This document shows, piece after piece, positions 1-10,191 of a DNA stretch of 64,000 nucleotides. Source of the DNA: a virus (Duplodnaviria > Caudoviricetes); IMG/VR virus record IMGVR_UViG_3300043449_000929, positions 95 to 64,094 of that record; one strand, 5' to 3'. The stretch's first letter is position 1. The number at the start of each line of letters is the position of its first letter. Position numbers and translations under genes: made by a program. The notes under the pieces are model-generated. The model was not told the origin of the DNA. It saw only the letters and a program-made list of their open reading frames with translations, and ran no database searches.

Positions 1-33
1 GGACAGGATGCGACAGGCCGCAGACGAAATAGA
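1..33. repeat. Terminal overlap, identical to 63968-64000
   Basis: ggacaggatgcgacaggccgcagacgaaataga at both ends. Confidence 0.97.
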
Positions 34-325
34 GAAAGAGCGCGCTGCGGTTGATGGCCACATTAGGCTGATTGAAGTTCTGGAAGACGAAGTTGCACGT
101 CTCCGCGCCGAACTCGCCGCCGAGCGGGAGCAAGTCGAGACTTTGAAATACACTGTTGTCGGCCTTGAGATAGACAAGCGGGAGCTGCGCGATGCGCTGG
201 CGATGGCGCGGGACAGTTTAGATGAGCTTACGTCGGGCCTGAGCGGCTTAGACATTGATAGAGGACGCGAAGCCATCGCCGCCATCGACGCCGTGCTGGC
301 AGAGACGAAGGGTGACGCCGAATGA
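1..325 (+). CDS. 3' part of mosaic coiled-coil protein that starts at 63879 across the circular join
   Basis: ATG 63879 (MSDVMLLG...KDR) runs in frame into MRQAADEIE at 8; carries RLRAELAAERE and AIDAVL blocks. Confidence 0.85.
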   Translation, partial: DRMRQAADEIEKERAAVDGHIRLIEVLEDEVARLRAELAAEREQVETLKYTVVGLEIDKRELRDALAMARDSLDELTSGLSGLDIDRGREAIAAIDAVLAETKGDAE

Positions 326-810
326 CCACCATCCCCGATGAAGTCGTGAGAGAGATGATGCGCGCCGAATGGTCCGCATGGAACAACATAATAATGAATG
401 AGTCTTTTTCCGAAGACGATGATTGTAGGAAAAAAGCTTACACAGCAGGGTTGATAGCCGCCGCCGAGGTCGCCGTGAAGCGGCTTGAAACCGAACTCGC
501 CGCCGCCAACGAAGTGATAGAGAGGCTTGTAAAAACCGAGCATAAAGTCGCCCAAGCTATAGGGGATAAGTATTTGCTCGACCCGCCTGACGGCGGCGAC
601 GTTAAGCTGTGGGAAGGCGTCGAGCGTATCAAGGCCGAACTCGCCGCCGAGCGGGAAGCGCACCAACAAAAGCTCGCTATCTGGCGCGAACAGTCAGACG
701 CCGACGAGCGGACAATTTACAAGCTACGCGAGGCGCTGGAGCCGCTTGTCGATTACCCGGACTATGTTGTGCAGCGCCACGCCCGCGCCGTGCTGGAGGA
801 GACTGAGTGA
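322..810 (+). CDS. Mosaic-array hypothetical protein
   Basis: ATGA coupling to upstream gene; AELAAERE, KLREALEP, RHARAVLEE blocks. Confidence 0.85.
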   Translation: MTTIPDEVVREMMRAEWSAWNNIIMNESFSEDDDCRKKAYTAGLIAAAEVAVKRLETELAAANEVIERLVKTEHKVAQAIGDKYLLDPPDGGDVKLWEGVERIKAELAAEREAHQQKLAIWREQSDADERTIYKLREALEPLVDYPDYVVQRHARAVLEETE

Positions 811-1007
811 TGAGCGTCTATGACGAAGTGACCCTTTTCTTCCGCAAGAACTGGAGGAAGAACATTCAAAATGACCCGGCAGGCTTTCCCACGGAAGAAG
901 ATTACGTGGAAAGTGAGTTGCAGCGCATGACGCGCACGGAGTTCCTACAAGCGATAAGCGCCGCCATCGACGCCGTGCTGGAAGAGACGGGAGGCGGTGA
1001 TGAGTGA
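807..1007 (+). CDS. Mosaic-array hypothetical protein
   Basis: Coupled start; ends AIDAVLEETGGGDE. Confidence 0.75.
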   Translation: MMSVYDEVTLFFRKNWRKNIQNDPAGFPTEEDYVESELQRMTRTEFLQAISAAIDAVLEETGGGDE

Positions 1008-1476
1008 CGGGCTTCTAAGGCAATTGCGCGAAGGCTGTATAATCAACTACGACTTCAACCTTGTTGATGTTGATGAAGCAGCTACGGACACATTGTTAGG
1101 TAAAGCCGCCGACGAAATAGAACGTCTCCGCGCCGAACTTGCCGCCGAGCGGGAGCGGGCGGAAGCAGCGACGCATTACGCAACACAGATAACCGTGTGG
1201 ACAGTCGAGACGTTTTTTGAGCCTGATAAAACGGGCTGGGAGCCGCTGACTGGATTGCTCGGTGTATTGAGCCAGCTAGACAACGCGATTGTCGGCGTCA
1301 GAGAGAAGCACAATGCTGCACTAGCCAACGTCGCCAAGCTGCGCGAGGCGCTGGAGCCGATACTGAACAGCTACATTGACGACCCGCGCGACAGTGACGC
1401 CGAGCAGATATTCGTCGCGCTAGGCGACCTACGCCATGCCCGCGCCGTGCTGGAGGAGACGGCCAATGACGCCTGA
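1000..1476 (+). CDS. Mosaic-array hypothetical protein (Ea22-like AADEIERLR motif)
   Basis: GGAGG RBS, ATGAGTGA coupling, shared blocks. Confidence 0.85.
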   Translation: MSDGLLRQLREGCIINYDFNLVDVDEAATDTLLGKAADEIERLRAELAAERERAEAATHYATQITVWTVETFFEPDKTGWEPLTGLLGVLSQLDNAIVGVREKHNAALANVAKLREALEPILNSYIDDPRDSDAEQIFVALGDLRHARAVLEETANDA

Positions 1477-1657
1477 CGAAGCACTGCGCCTCGCCATCGA
1501 GGCCGCGCGCGAAACAGTAGACTCGTTTGCAGAATACGACGACGACGAAGCTGATGTTGAGGAGATGTATCGGACGACGTTGCTGAACACGCTGCGCGCG
1601 AACGGCTTCGTGATCGTCAGATCATCCCCATCCGGCCCGAAAGCATCTCAAGACTGA
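1466..1657 (+). CDS. Hypothetical protein, last gene of the plus-strand array
   Basis: GGAGGAG upstream, MTPDEALR start, converges on late arm. Confidence 0.65.
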   Translation: MTPDEALRLAIEAARETVDSFAEYDDDEADVEEMYRTTLLNTLRANGFVIVRSSPSGPKASQD

Positions 1658-2015
1658 AGCCAGGGTCATACAGGCGCGGAGACAGAGATAGATCCGCGCC
1701 GAACATCCCACCTCCCCTCGTTCTGTAAGGCTGGCCGACATCGAGCGGTGCTGACGCCGACTTGATCGGTGGCGTGTCAGGATTCAGTGCGTTTGGCATA
1801 CCGCGCTTCGCGGCCATAGCAATCGCCTTATCCTGCTGCTTACTGCCGTCAGGCATGAACGTGCCACGCGGCGTTGAGAACGCTCCGTTCTGGTCAGAGA
1901 ACATCCCGTCAGGAACTGAGAACCCGCCGCTGATGGGGCTAGGCCCAGACGATGAGAACCGGGAGGCGTCCATCGACGGCTTGTAGTCTTTTTTTACGTC
2001 GTCGTAGTAGCCCAT
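1617..2015 (-). CDS. Hypothetical protein, end of late arm
   Basis: 132-aa ORF 2 nt downstream of the 613-aa gene. Confidence 0.65.
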   Translation of the reverse strand: MGYYDDVKKDYKPSMDASRFSSSGPSPISGGFSVPDGMFSDQNGAFSTPRGTFMPDGSKQQDKAIAMAAKRGMPNALNPDTPPIKSASAPLDVGQPYRTRGGGMFGADLSLSPRLYDPGFSLEMLSGRMGMI

Positions 2016-2017
2016 GC

Positions 2018-3859
2018 TTACACCGTGCTGCTGAAGTTATGGTCTTCACTGTAGCGGTAGTCGTTCTGCGCGCTGTTCTGGACGCTGTAGTGGGTCTGCC
2101 AGGAGAGAGCATTAAGAGCAGAAGCACCAAGCTGTGAGAACACCGCACCGGACGCCTTGCTGATGTCGGCCACGATGCCGCGCGTCTGAATGTAAAGCTC
2201 GGCGTTCATCTTCGCGACAGAGTTTGCGATCTCCGCAGTCCGCTGGGCCTGCTCGAATGTCGCCGCCCACTGCTTGGTGAGGGCGTCATTGTAAGACGCC
2301 GTGCCTTGGACGGTCGCCTTATACATCTCAGCGACAGCAGAATTGGTTGACGCGATACCCTTGATACGCTCGGCCTCGGCCTCGACGGCCACCTTGTAGC
2401 CTTCGTATTCCTGCATCTTCGCTTCAAGCTTGCCCTTGAACTCAGCGATCTTGGCGTCGATGATCTTGGCCTGCGCGCCGACGCGCGCTGAGTAAGCCTC
2501 GACAGACGTGGCATAGGCTTGTTGCTTCGTGGCCTCACCCTGAATGGAAGCCTTATAACCTTCAACTTGGGCGGTATAGGCGTTGATTTTTGAACCAAAA
2601 CTTTTTACCTGCTCGCCGTAGATTTCGATCTTCAGCTTCTCGATCTCGGCCTTCGTCTGAACCGCAGCAAGCTGAGCCTTGAACAGCTCTATGGCCGAGA
2701 GGGCGGCGTCGGTCTGGACTTTGTAAGACTGAACAAGTGCCGTATTGATCTCAGCTTTTGCGCGTTCAGCCTCTACCTGCGCTTTATATGCCTCTACCTT
2801 GCTCATCTCACCTTGGATCTGAGCTTTGTAGATTTCGATCTTCACAGAGTAAGCTTGAACGTAGGCTTTATATGCCTCAACTTTGGCATTATACGTTTCA
2901 ATGCCAGCCTGCGTTGCATACTTCACGCCCTCAAGAACGCGCTGCTCGATCTGGTTGTATTGGTCGATCAGCTTGCCTTCCAAGTTCACAGCCAAGTCGA
3001 GCGACTGCTTCAGGTTCTCCTGTTCCAGCTCGGCCTGCTTGATCATCACCTCGCGCGAAAAGCCGTAGCTCTGCGCGGCGTATTCAGTCTGAAGCTTTAT
3101 GCGCGCATCAAGCCACGGGCCGGGGGGCAGCGCGTAACCCAGCGACTCCATGCGGTCTACTTCAGCTAGCCCGTCAGCGAGCGTCTTGGCTTCACGCTCC
3201 CTGCCCCTGTCCCAGATCGCCTTCTCAACTGCTGGCGCGAGGCCGGTGCCGCCGTTAAGGCGGCTGGAGATAAGCGACGTAAGCTGGGTAAGCAGCGCCG
3301 AAGTGAATCCTGTTCCCGGCGTATAGGAGAACACCTGCGGATCTACGATGGTCAGAACCGGCGTGTTATCCACGATGCTCGGAATATTGACGCCGCCAAA
3401 AGTGTAAGTCGAGATCGACAGAAGATCAGGCGCCTTCGGGAGCGTGACGGTCGGATCTGTCGGGAAGCTCGGATAGGTGATGCCGGGAGCAGTAGGCGCG
3501 GCGTCAGTAAACGCCACCGGTGCAGTGGCGAACTGGAGGACAGGCGGCGCAGTGTCGAACGTCGCCGGTAGATACGGATCGACATTGAGCGTGGCGCTGA
3601 TCGGGGTCGGAAGCCCAGGCACGTTCCACGAATAGGTGACGAGCGACGGCTGAGTGGTCGTAGAAATCGCAGGCGCAGTCGGCCCACTGGCGAACGTCGG
3701 CGTAACGACCGGGGCAACGAGGGAGTTGGCGAGGTTGCTCAGAACATTCGCCTGCGTGATCGCATTCAGCGTCATTACAGACGCTGTCGCCATGTGGTCT
3801 ACAGGCGTAGCGGGATAGGGGCTACTAAAAGACCACAGACCAGAAGGAGGCGTTGCCAT
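2018..3859 (-). CDS. Putative virion/tail structural protein (Pro/Thr-rich N-terminus, coiled-coil C-terminus)
   Basis: 613-aa ORF in structural arm, AAAGGA RBS. Confidence 0.7.
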   Translation of the reverse strand: MATPPSGLWSFSSPYPATPVDHMATASVMTLNAITQANVLSNLANSLVAPVVTPTFASGPTAPAISTTTQPSLVTYSWNVPGLPTPISATLNVDPYLPATFDTAPPVLQFATAPVAFTDAAPTAPGITYPSFPTDPTVTLPKAPDLLSISTYTFGGVNIPSIVDNTPVLTIVDPQVFSYTPGTGFTSALLTQLTSLISSRLNGGTGLAPAVEKAIWDRGREREAKTLADGLAEVDRMESLGYALPPGPWLDARIKLQTEYAAQSYGFSREVMIKQAELEQENLKQSLDLAVNLEGKLIDQYNQIEQRVLEGVKYATQAGIETYNAKVEAYKAYVQAYSVKIEIYKAQIQGEMSKVEAYKAQVEAERAKAEINTALVQSYKVQTDAALSAIELFKAQLAAVQTKAEIEKLKIEIYGEQVKSFGSKINAYTAQVEGYKASIQGEATKQQAYATSVEAYSARVGAQAKIIDAKIAEFKGKLEAKMQEYEGYKVAVEAEAERIKGIASTNSAVAEMYKATVQGTASYNDALTKQWAATFEQAQRTAEIANSVAKMNAELYIQTRGIVADISKASGAVFSQLGASALNALSWQTHYSVQNSAQNDYRYSEDHNFSSTV

Positions 3860-3915
3860 ACGATATTCCTTTTCTGGGGAGACCCTAACTCATTCCAAAA
3901 GCCCAGAGAAATAAG

Positions 3916-5511
3916 CTACTTCAGCTTGTCGATGTCGGCCTTCTTCACACCCAGAAAGATTGCGTGGACCCAAGCAGTTGTTGCCGCGCCAATTGAACTG
4001 AACAGGGCGGTGGTTATGTCTGTCTTGTCTCGCATGACGATATTCTGATTCACGAAATATAAGTCTGATGGATCAATAACTCTGATAGACGTATTGCCAT
4101 TTGCCGCAAAGATATATGTTCCGACCACTGGGAATAGACCGTCGTATGTCTTCGCTGGCGTATAGACGCGAGAGTCAACATAACCAGCGCCATCAGGTAT
4201 TTGCTGCCCCCACATAACAGATGTGTTCTTGTCGGTTCCGAACTCATACGAACCGTCGGAATAGATATACTGAGGGCCGATCTCAGTGTAGCTCGTCGTC
4301 GTATTCCTCACGCTATCCAGACCGAAAAACGTAGCGTTCGCCAATTGATACGCTGTCTGGTCAAGCGAAATTGAACCACTTGAAATAGAAAGCGTGACAT
4401 TGTCCACGCTTCCGTTATTTGAATACACCATGACGCGCTGATTGAGCGGGATAGTCTGAGGCGCGATGGTCGGATTTTTTACGTAGAAATCCCCAGACTG
4501 ATCCGGCCCAGCAGTGCCGCCATCCCAGCCATTGAGGCCAATATACAAAGCGTCGAGCGCCGCTTGATGAGCATCAGCAAAGAACCTATTCGCGAAACTG
4601 ATGTTATTTATTCTGATACCATTCGCCTGCGTCACGCGCGAAAAGCCCCACAGAACGCCCGTCTTGTCCACCGCAGCGACAGAGTCGGCGCGCGTAATCC
4701 ACGGCCTGACGACAGTGCATGTCGGTGTGCTTTGCGAGAAGTCAGCCTTGTTGCCACAGTTGTCATAGAAGACACGGCCAGTGAAATTTATCAGCGGTCG
4801 GCTGGTGTAGACCGCATTCGTTGGCGACGTTACCGCAGGTCCGAGGATGGTGTTATGGACATTGTAGTAATTCAACCGATCCGTATCTGAGACCGTGCCG
4901 TCTGCGGCGATGGAGATATATGTCGCAGCGACATGCAGGTTGCTTGCCGCCTTGAGTTGCGCCGTTCCGTAATACTGCGATGCGCCGCGGCTCCAGCCTA
5001 TTGTCTTGGTCGTGTAGACCTTCTTGCCGAGAGTGTCCAAGTCCTTCATCGGTATGCCGGCGACCTTGTTCACGCCGCCAGAATTGAAGATGACCAGCAT
5101 GTAGCCGTCGTCTTCTTCGCCAAGAAGCTCCCTGACTGCTTGCGCGGAAACCGTGATAGAAATGGCCTCGTTCCCAAACTGGCTCGCATACTTCATGCCG
5201 ACGCCACTGCCGAGTGGCGTTGTCCGCATGTTGATCTGGTTGTCGCTCAGACCAACTTCCTGCCGGAATGCGTTGAGGTTCTGCTTAACTGCCGAGCCGT
5301 ATCGCCGCATGACGGCGGTTTGAATCTCAACCAGCTTGCGGCTGTCATCAGAGAAGGATGTGTATGGTGGCGTCTGCCCAGGCGCAGGCAATTCCTGATA
5401 TTCACTCGGCAGCTCGATAATAATTCTAGCGACCGGAGGCATTTCTCCGGCATGGTCAAACAGATCGCGCGTAAGCGAAAGATCTACGATACGAGACGGG
5501 AAACTAGACAC
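3916..5511 (-). CDS. Putative virion protein
   Basis: 531-aa ORF overlapping upstream stop; beta-rich composition. Confidence 0.65.
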   Translation of the reverse strand: MSSFPSRIVDLSLTRDLFDHAGEMPPVARIIIELPSEYQELPAPGQTPPYTSFSDDSRKLVEIQTAVMRRYGSAVKQNLNAFRQEVGLSDNQINMRTTPLGSGVGMKYASQFGNEAISITVSAQAVRELLGEEDDGYMLVIFNSGGVNKVAGIPMKDLDTLGKKVYTTKTIGWSRGASQYYGTAQLKAASNLHVAATYISIAADGTVSDTDRLNYYNVHNTILGPAVTSPTNAVYTSRPLINFTGRVFYDNCGNKADFSQSTPTCTVVRPWITRADSVAAVDKTGVLWGFSRVTQANGIRINNISFANRFFADAHQAALDALYIGLNGWDGGTAGPDQSGDFYVKNPTIAPQTIPLNQRVMVYSNNGSVDNVTLSISSGSISLDQTAYQLANATFFGLDSVRNTTTSYTEIGPQYIYSDGSYEFGTDKNTSVMWGQQIPDGAGYVDSRVYTPAKTYDGLFPVVGTYIFAANGNTSIRVIDPSDLYFVNQNIVMRDKTDITTALFSSIGAATTAWVHAIFLGVKKADIDKLK

Positions 5512-6724
5512 GACGCTGCGCCACGAGCGGGATGAACTCTAAACTATCCAGATCGAAATCTTGGCCCGTCGTGATTAGCTCCCACGCAAAGTATCTTGCG
5601 CGCAGTCCTTTACCTACACGAACCTTCGTCGTCTGACGGTTCTGTAGCACAACCTGATATGTGTATGTCTCGCCAGTGCCAGCATCGAGCTTCAGATAGA
5701 CGTTACCGTCTCCGCGCATACCTAGATACGCCGCCTGAAAAGAGGCGTAACGTGAACCCCCAAACTGCGTGTATCCGCTGCGCAGCGAAGCAACAGTCGG
5801 AGTGCCGTCGTCATCGCTCCCTTCAAGGACATATAAGCCCGTGGAAGACGCACCAAGATAGTGATGACCGCTACTCGCAAAAGAGTTGAAAGCATAGTTG
5901 CTATACTCCGTCGTCGCGCCAGTGCGAGTATTCACAGCCCAAGTGGTAAATCCGCCGCCTGGATCAATGATGCCAATGTCGAACGACAACACTTCCGCGA
6001 TTGTCGGCTTAAAGACCATCTGCAAAGTTTGCGCATCAGTGAAGGCAAACGTCTGCGGCACTGTGACAACGGCGATCAGCTTCGGCGTCATCGTCTGCGC
6101 AAGGTTCATCGACTCAGATACGGTAGGCTTGTAAGCGCCAATCGCATTGTATGTCGGAGCGACGTTCAGGTTATCCATAAGAACGCCAGCGAGGAACTTC
6201 TTGAGTAGGTCGTTAAAGGCCAGAACCTCAAGCAGTGTCTGCTTGTAGGTCATGTTGGCGGCATTCGTGCTGACAAGCCCCAACCTGTCAGCGATCAATG
6301 CACCAAGGACAGTTGTAATGGCCGGGGCGACATTCATCGCCTGCGCTATCGTAATCGGGCGACCGACAGTGAAGAGATCAGTCAGGCCGAATTGCTGGGC
6401 GAGGATCTGCTTCAGAACCTGATTAACGCCAAGCGAGCCAGAGACGCCGCACGCCTCAGAGATAGCCGCGCCAGCAACCCACGTTCTAGACAGAGTAGAA
6501 GTGAAATTGAAGCTGCCGCCCCCGCCGCTGACCGTGAGGCCGAGGGCGGGAGCAAGCGCGTTGAATGCCCACGGTAACGACATGGTCTCAGAGAGACTGC
6601 CTGGGAAAGACTTGTTGACTGTAACGGCGCGCGTTGCCGAGATAGACAAGATCTTGCCCGCAGACTTCAACCTAGTGGTTGTCGTCGTGCAGTTCGCAGA
6701 GACTGTGACGTTAAAAACCGTCAT
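5504..6724 (-). CDS. Putative tail structural protein
   Basis: 406 aa; repetitive N-terminus and C-terminal WAVNTRTGATTEY...GKGLRARY region resembling phage tail proteins. Confidence 0.7.
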   Translation of the reverse strand: MTVFNVTVSANCTTTTTRLKSAGKILSISATRAVTVNKSFPGSLSETMSLPWAFNALAPALGLTVSGGGGSFNFTSTLSRTWVAGAAISEACGVSGSLGVNQVLKQILAQQFGLTDLFTVGRPITIAQAMNVAPAITTVLGALIADRLGLVSTNAANMTYKQTLLEVLAFNDLLKKFLAGVLMDNLNVAPTYNAIGAYKPTVSESMNLAQTMTPKLIAVVTVPQTFAFTDAQTLQMVFKPTIAEVLSFDIGIIDPGGGFTTWAVNTRTGATTEYSNYAFNSFASSGHHYLGASSTGLYVLEGSDDDGTPTVASLRSGYTQFGGSRYASFQAAYLGMRGDGNVYLKLDAGTGETYTYQVVLQNRQTTKVRVGKGLRARYFAWELITTGQDFDLDSLEFIPLVAQRRV

Positions 6725-6730
6725 GGGCTA

Positions 6731-7267
6731 TTAGCTCGATGTCAGCGTGAACGAGTAGGTCAGGATAAGCTGGTCGAGATTGACGACCGACTTAGCCGAG
6801 CTGAACAGTGAGGCCGAGAACAGGACGCCGGAAGTCGAGGACTTCGTGCTGACCGACAGAAGGCCCGCGCCGTAGATCGTCTTCGTAGCGTTGAACGTAA
6901 ACGTCGCAGGCGAAGCCGTGTTCGAGATCACGCCACCAGACGCAGAGCCGGGGGTCCACGTAACGCGCGTGCCGGAGGTGTAAGCCGTGGACTCGGTTGC
7001 GTTCGCTGCGAAGTTGCTTGCCGTCCAAGTTGAGCTGGGAGTCGCGTTCGCCTCATATGGCGCAAGGAACCACGACGTAACCTGCGTCGTGCCAGCAAGC
7101 TCAACGCCGAGAATGTGGTTCAGCCCTTCGGTTGGCACAATGTTCTCGTCTTCCCACTCCTCGATGACCTTGCCATCGCGAACATGAAGACCGTGATAAA
7201 CGCCCTTCACGATAACCTTTGACGACGGCACCAGAATGCCCCCGTCAGTCTTCTGGTAGTCCGTCAT
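6731..7267 (-). CDS. Putative tail structural protein
   Basis: AGGAG RBS; NIVPTEGLNHIL...GVLFSAS...LILTYSFT pattern. Confidence 0.7.
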   Translation of the reverse strand: MTDYQKTDGGILVPSSKVIVKGVYHGLHVRDGKVIEEWEDENIVPTEGLNHILGVELAGTTQVTSWFLAPYEANATPSSTWTASNFAANATESTAYTSGTRVTWTPGSASGGVISNTASPATFTFNATKTIYGAGLLSVSTKSSTSGVLFSASLFSSAKSVVNLDQLILTYSFTLTSS

Positions 7268-7268
7268 T

Positions 7269-8324
7269 TTACGCTCCTGTATAACGCACAACCTGCGCGT
7301 CTAAGTGATCGCCAATAGCAGCGGTGCTACTGGGCGTTCCGCCGCTGTTCATAACAGCAACGAAAGAGTTTACGCCGTCCTGCCTGCGGAACATAACAGC
7401 AGCAGACGTTGCGTCAGGAAGGATCACTTCCGACTGTGTGAGATTGTAAAGAACGCCACCGTCGAAGCCCGCGACAACGCCAGACTTCGTAAGGAACATG
7501 ACGGCATTCTTCGCCTGGAATTGCTGAGACTGTTCAATCTGCGGCTTGATAAGTTCAGCAGGAACCTGAACAGAAGAACGCGGCAGGACGCCGTAATTCA
7601 TCAGCGGCGTGCGCGGCATGGGAAACGCATTGCCCTGAAGGAAGTAGACGTTGCTATCAGTCCCGACATAGATCCCGTCAGTGACCGTCTCCAGCATCGT
7701 AATGTCTGACTCGAACTGGACGAATGACTTCGTCTTGTCGATGTAGTTGTATAAGAACGGCTCAGTCGCCCAGAGAGTTGTCCCGTGCGCGAGATAGATC
7801 CTGCCATTGTAGTAGGTCAGGCTCGTCGCCATAGGCGGCTTACCAAGTAGCTTGCCATTAACCTGACCGAGCGTCGATGTTGGGTTAACAACTGGCGATA
7901 GCCATGTTCCATTGCCGCCAGTCTGCCCCCACGCCGAGACAGCCTTCGACGCAACATTATACTTGCCCGAAGTTGTAGCAGACGAAAAGTAAATGTCGTC
8001 AGCCACGCGAACATAATCGAGAGGTTCGCTACCGACGCCAGCAAGAAGCGCGACGATCGTGTAGTTGGGATAAAGTAGTGATAAAGTGCCGTCCTTAACA
8101 ACCAACATAGTATTAGTGGAGTCAGAATAAATTGAGTGATAATTCCCCGATCCAACCTTGTGGAAACCGCGCCGCCGCCTGATTTGGCCAGCGTCGTCAA
8201 TGTCAACATTGATCGCGGTCTCCAACTCTGAAGGCTTCAGTCGCTCGCGCGAGGTCGTATTCTTCAGGCCATCGAATGCCGCGAAGACTACACTCCCCTG
8301 ACTGTTCTGATCCTGGTTACTCAA
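7269..8324 (-). CDS. Putative virion structural protein (beta-propeller-like, tail nozzle type)
   Basis: FDGLKN...NVDIDDAGQIRRRRG N-terminal motif. Confidence 0.65.
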   Translation of the reverse strand: MSNQDQNSQGSVVFAAFDGLKNTTSRERLKPSELETAINVDIDDAGQIRRRRGFHKVGSGNYHSIYSDSTNTMLVVKDGTLSLLYPNYTIVALLAGVGSEPLDYVRVADDIYFSSATTSGKYNVASKAVSAWGQTGGNGTWLSPVVNPTSTLGQVNGKLLGKPPMATSLTYYNGRIYLAHGTTLWATEPFLYNYIDKTKSFVQFESDITMLETVTDGIYVGTDSNVYFLQGNAFPMPRTPLMNYGVLPRSSVQVPAELIKPQIEQSQQFQAKNAVMFLTKSGVVAGFDGGVLYNLTQSEVILPDATSAAVMFRRQDGVNSFVAVMNSGGTPSSTAAIGDHLDAQVVRYTGA

Positions 8325-8421
8325 TTACAAGTCCTGCTCGCCACAGTGACGCACTTGGCTGCATAGCGCGCGACATCGCACCCACTCGATAACAGCGCCA
8401 GACATACGATCAAAATAAGCT

Positions 8422-8664
8422 TCACGGCGTTTCCTCCTCATCCTTGTGGCGGATACCGGCCACACGATCTATGAGCTTGAGAGTGATCTGAAGAACGAGC
8501 CAGACGCAGCCGAGGACAGGCGCCCACTGGGCGGCTATGTCATGCGCGTAAGGAAGCCATATCGGGGAGATGATCGCTCCAGTGGCGATTGCGGCAGTCA
8601 CCTTCTCCGAGGCAGTCTCGAACAGGTATCCGCCCACATCTTGCAGGTTATGCTGCGGTTGCAT
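8422..8664 (-). CDS. Putative holin
   Basis: Small, two hydrophobic segments, charged C-terminus, adjacent to spanins and endolysin. Confidence 0.55.
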   Translation of the reverse strand: MQPQHNLQDVGGYLFETASEKVTAAIATGAIISPIWLPYAHDIAAQWAPVLGCVWLVLQITLKLIDRVAGIRHKDEEETP

Positions 8665-8665
8665 C

Positions 8666-8926
8666 TCATCTGGCCCCATACGCTGCGCGGACTTCCGCAT
8701 AGAATTTCTGGCAGTTGCCCACGGCGAGGGCGTTAAGAATCGACGCCTTCCGGTTCTCCAGAGCGAATACAGGGAGCGGCTTCCCCTGAACGACTGGCGG
8801 CAGAGGATACTTCTTGCAGGACGCGGCAATCGGCGGCAGGAGCGGCCTAGTGTCGTCCAGCCCTATCGAGGCGTTGCACCCTGCGAGCGTAATCGCCATC
8901 AACAACGCAGCCGCCATCCTTCGCAT
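8666..8926 (-). CDS. Putative o-spanin (Rz1-like lipoprotein)
   Basis: Signal peptide with LAGC lipobox, Pro-rich, overlaps i-spanin. Confidence 0.75.
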   Translation of the reverse strand: MRRMAAALLMAITLAGCNASIGLDDTRPLLPPIAASCKKYPLPPVVQGKPLPVFALENRKASILNALAVGNCQKFYAEVRAAYGAR

Positions 8927-9242
8927 GACCATCGCCCCTCTTAACAACACGCATCTTCAGTGACTCAATTTCCTGCTGCATGGCGTCAGCCGCCTGCACA
9001 GCTTCGTCAGCGCGCTTCATGTCAGCGATGGCAATGGCTTCAGCAGCCTTCTGCTGACGCGCCAACTCCGCAGCGTGCGCCTTAACCATCTCGGCTCTGT
9101 AGACAGCCTCCCGCTCGTCGCAGGCGAGCGAAGCCTTGTGGTGTCCGTATCCATAGGAAAGGAGAATGGCGATCATCAGAACGCCCACCTGAGAGGTGGC
9201 GAATGACCAGAGACCTGATATGATTGGAAGAAGAGCAGGCAT
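8847..9242 (-). CDS. Putative i-spanin (Rz-like)
   Basis: N-terminal TM segment, Ala-rich coiled coil, C-terminal Cys, follows endolysin. Confidence 0.75.
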   Translation of the reverse strand: MPALLPIISGLWSFATSQVGVLMIAILLSYGYGHHKASLACDEREAVYRAEMVKAHAAELARQQKAAEAIAIADMKRADEAVQAADAMQQEIESLKMRVVKRGDGHAKDGGCVVDGDYARRVQRLDRAGRH

Positions 9243-9243
9243 C

Positions 9244-10191
9244 CTAGATCCTCTGGTTCATGCCGTCGCGAGCATTCTGGACACGCTCGTTCTCGATCTT
9301 CTGCACGGATCTCCACGCGAAGTAGCAGGCGACGAGGAAGACAGTGATCAGTAATGCGCCGAGGACAAAGCCCCAGTTCTCGGATAGCCAGCCCCACGTA
9401 TCCTGCGCCTGCTGCGCTGTTTGCACGGCCTGAGATACCGGCTCGACGATCTGCTGCGCCGTGTCGAGAATCGCACCGGCTGCTGGGGCGGTGACAGCCG
9501 CTGTGGCGATAGCCTTCTTAGCGGTGTCGGCGTTCGTAACGATCTTGCTGCCAGCGTCTTTCAGATCTTTCGCCGTCAGTTCAGAACGCGGCTTCGATAC
9601 GATGCGAGACCATTTTACGTATTCACGCTGAAGCCAGCCAGCGTATTTATCGACCTGCCCGCTACCGTTGTAGCCCCTGGCAAACGAATGCCAGTTGTGT
9701 TCGCGAAGAAACTTCGACAGTCCACGGTTCTCAATGAAGCGAAGCATCTGGCGAAGCTGCTTGGCTTCGCTCTCCTTTGCCTCTTCAAACATCTCTTTTG
9801 CCGACGAGCAGCCAGCGGCTCTGTAGTTCTCCCCGAGAACCTGCCCCATACCCATCGAGATCGACCGATACGCGGCCTCTTCGTTGATCCTGATCGCCTG
9901 CGCTAGGCGCAGATACTGCGCGTCCGAGCCGGGGGGATACTTCATCTGTCCCCACGACCGATACGCCAGACCGGCGCGAACCGCTTTATCTCGCTGCGCG
10001 CCGCTCAGGTTTCGATAGAAGACGTGCGGCTCAAACAGGATGAGCGGTCGGCGGCGACCGTCGTAGCCAGAGTTGCGAGATTCGACGGCCATGACGGCGC
10101 GGACCTCCGCGAGTCCGAGCTTCGCCACATTAGCAGCGTGCGCAATCTCGTTAGCCGTAATCGGCTTGGCGGCTCCTGCAAAATCCGTCAC
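9244..10191 (-). CDS. Endolysin, N-acetylmuramidase (DUF3380-like) with C-terminal TM helix
   Basis: AVMAVES, ILFEPHVF, SMGMGQVLGENY, FARGYNG motifs. Confidence 0.9.
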   Translation of the reverse strand: MTDFAGAAKPITANEIAHAANVAKLGLAEVRAVMAVESRNSGYDGRRRPLILFEPHVFYRNLSGAQRDKAVRAGLAYRSWGQMKYPPGSDAQYLRLAQAIRINEEAAYRSISMGMGQVLGENYRAAGCSSAKEMFEEAKESEAKQLRQMLRFIENRGLSKFLREHNWHSFARGYNGSGQVDKYAGWLQREYVKWSRIVSKPRSELTAKDLKDAGSKIVTNADTAKKAIATAAVTAPAAGAILDTAQQIVEPVSQAVQTAQQAQDTWGWLSENWGFVLGALLITVFLVACYFAWRSVQKIENERVQNARDGMNQRI

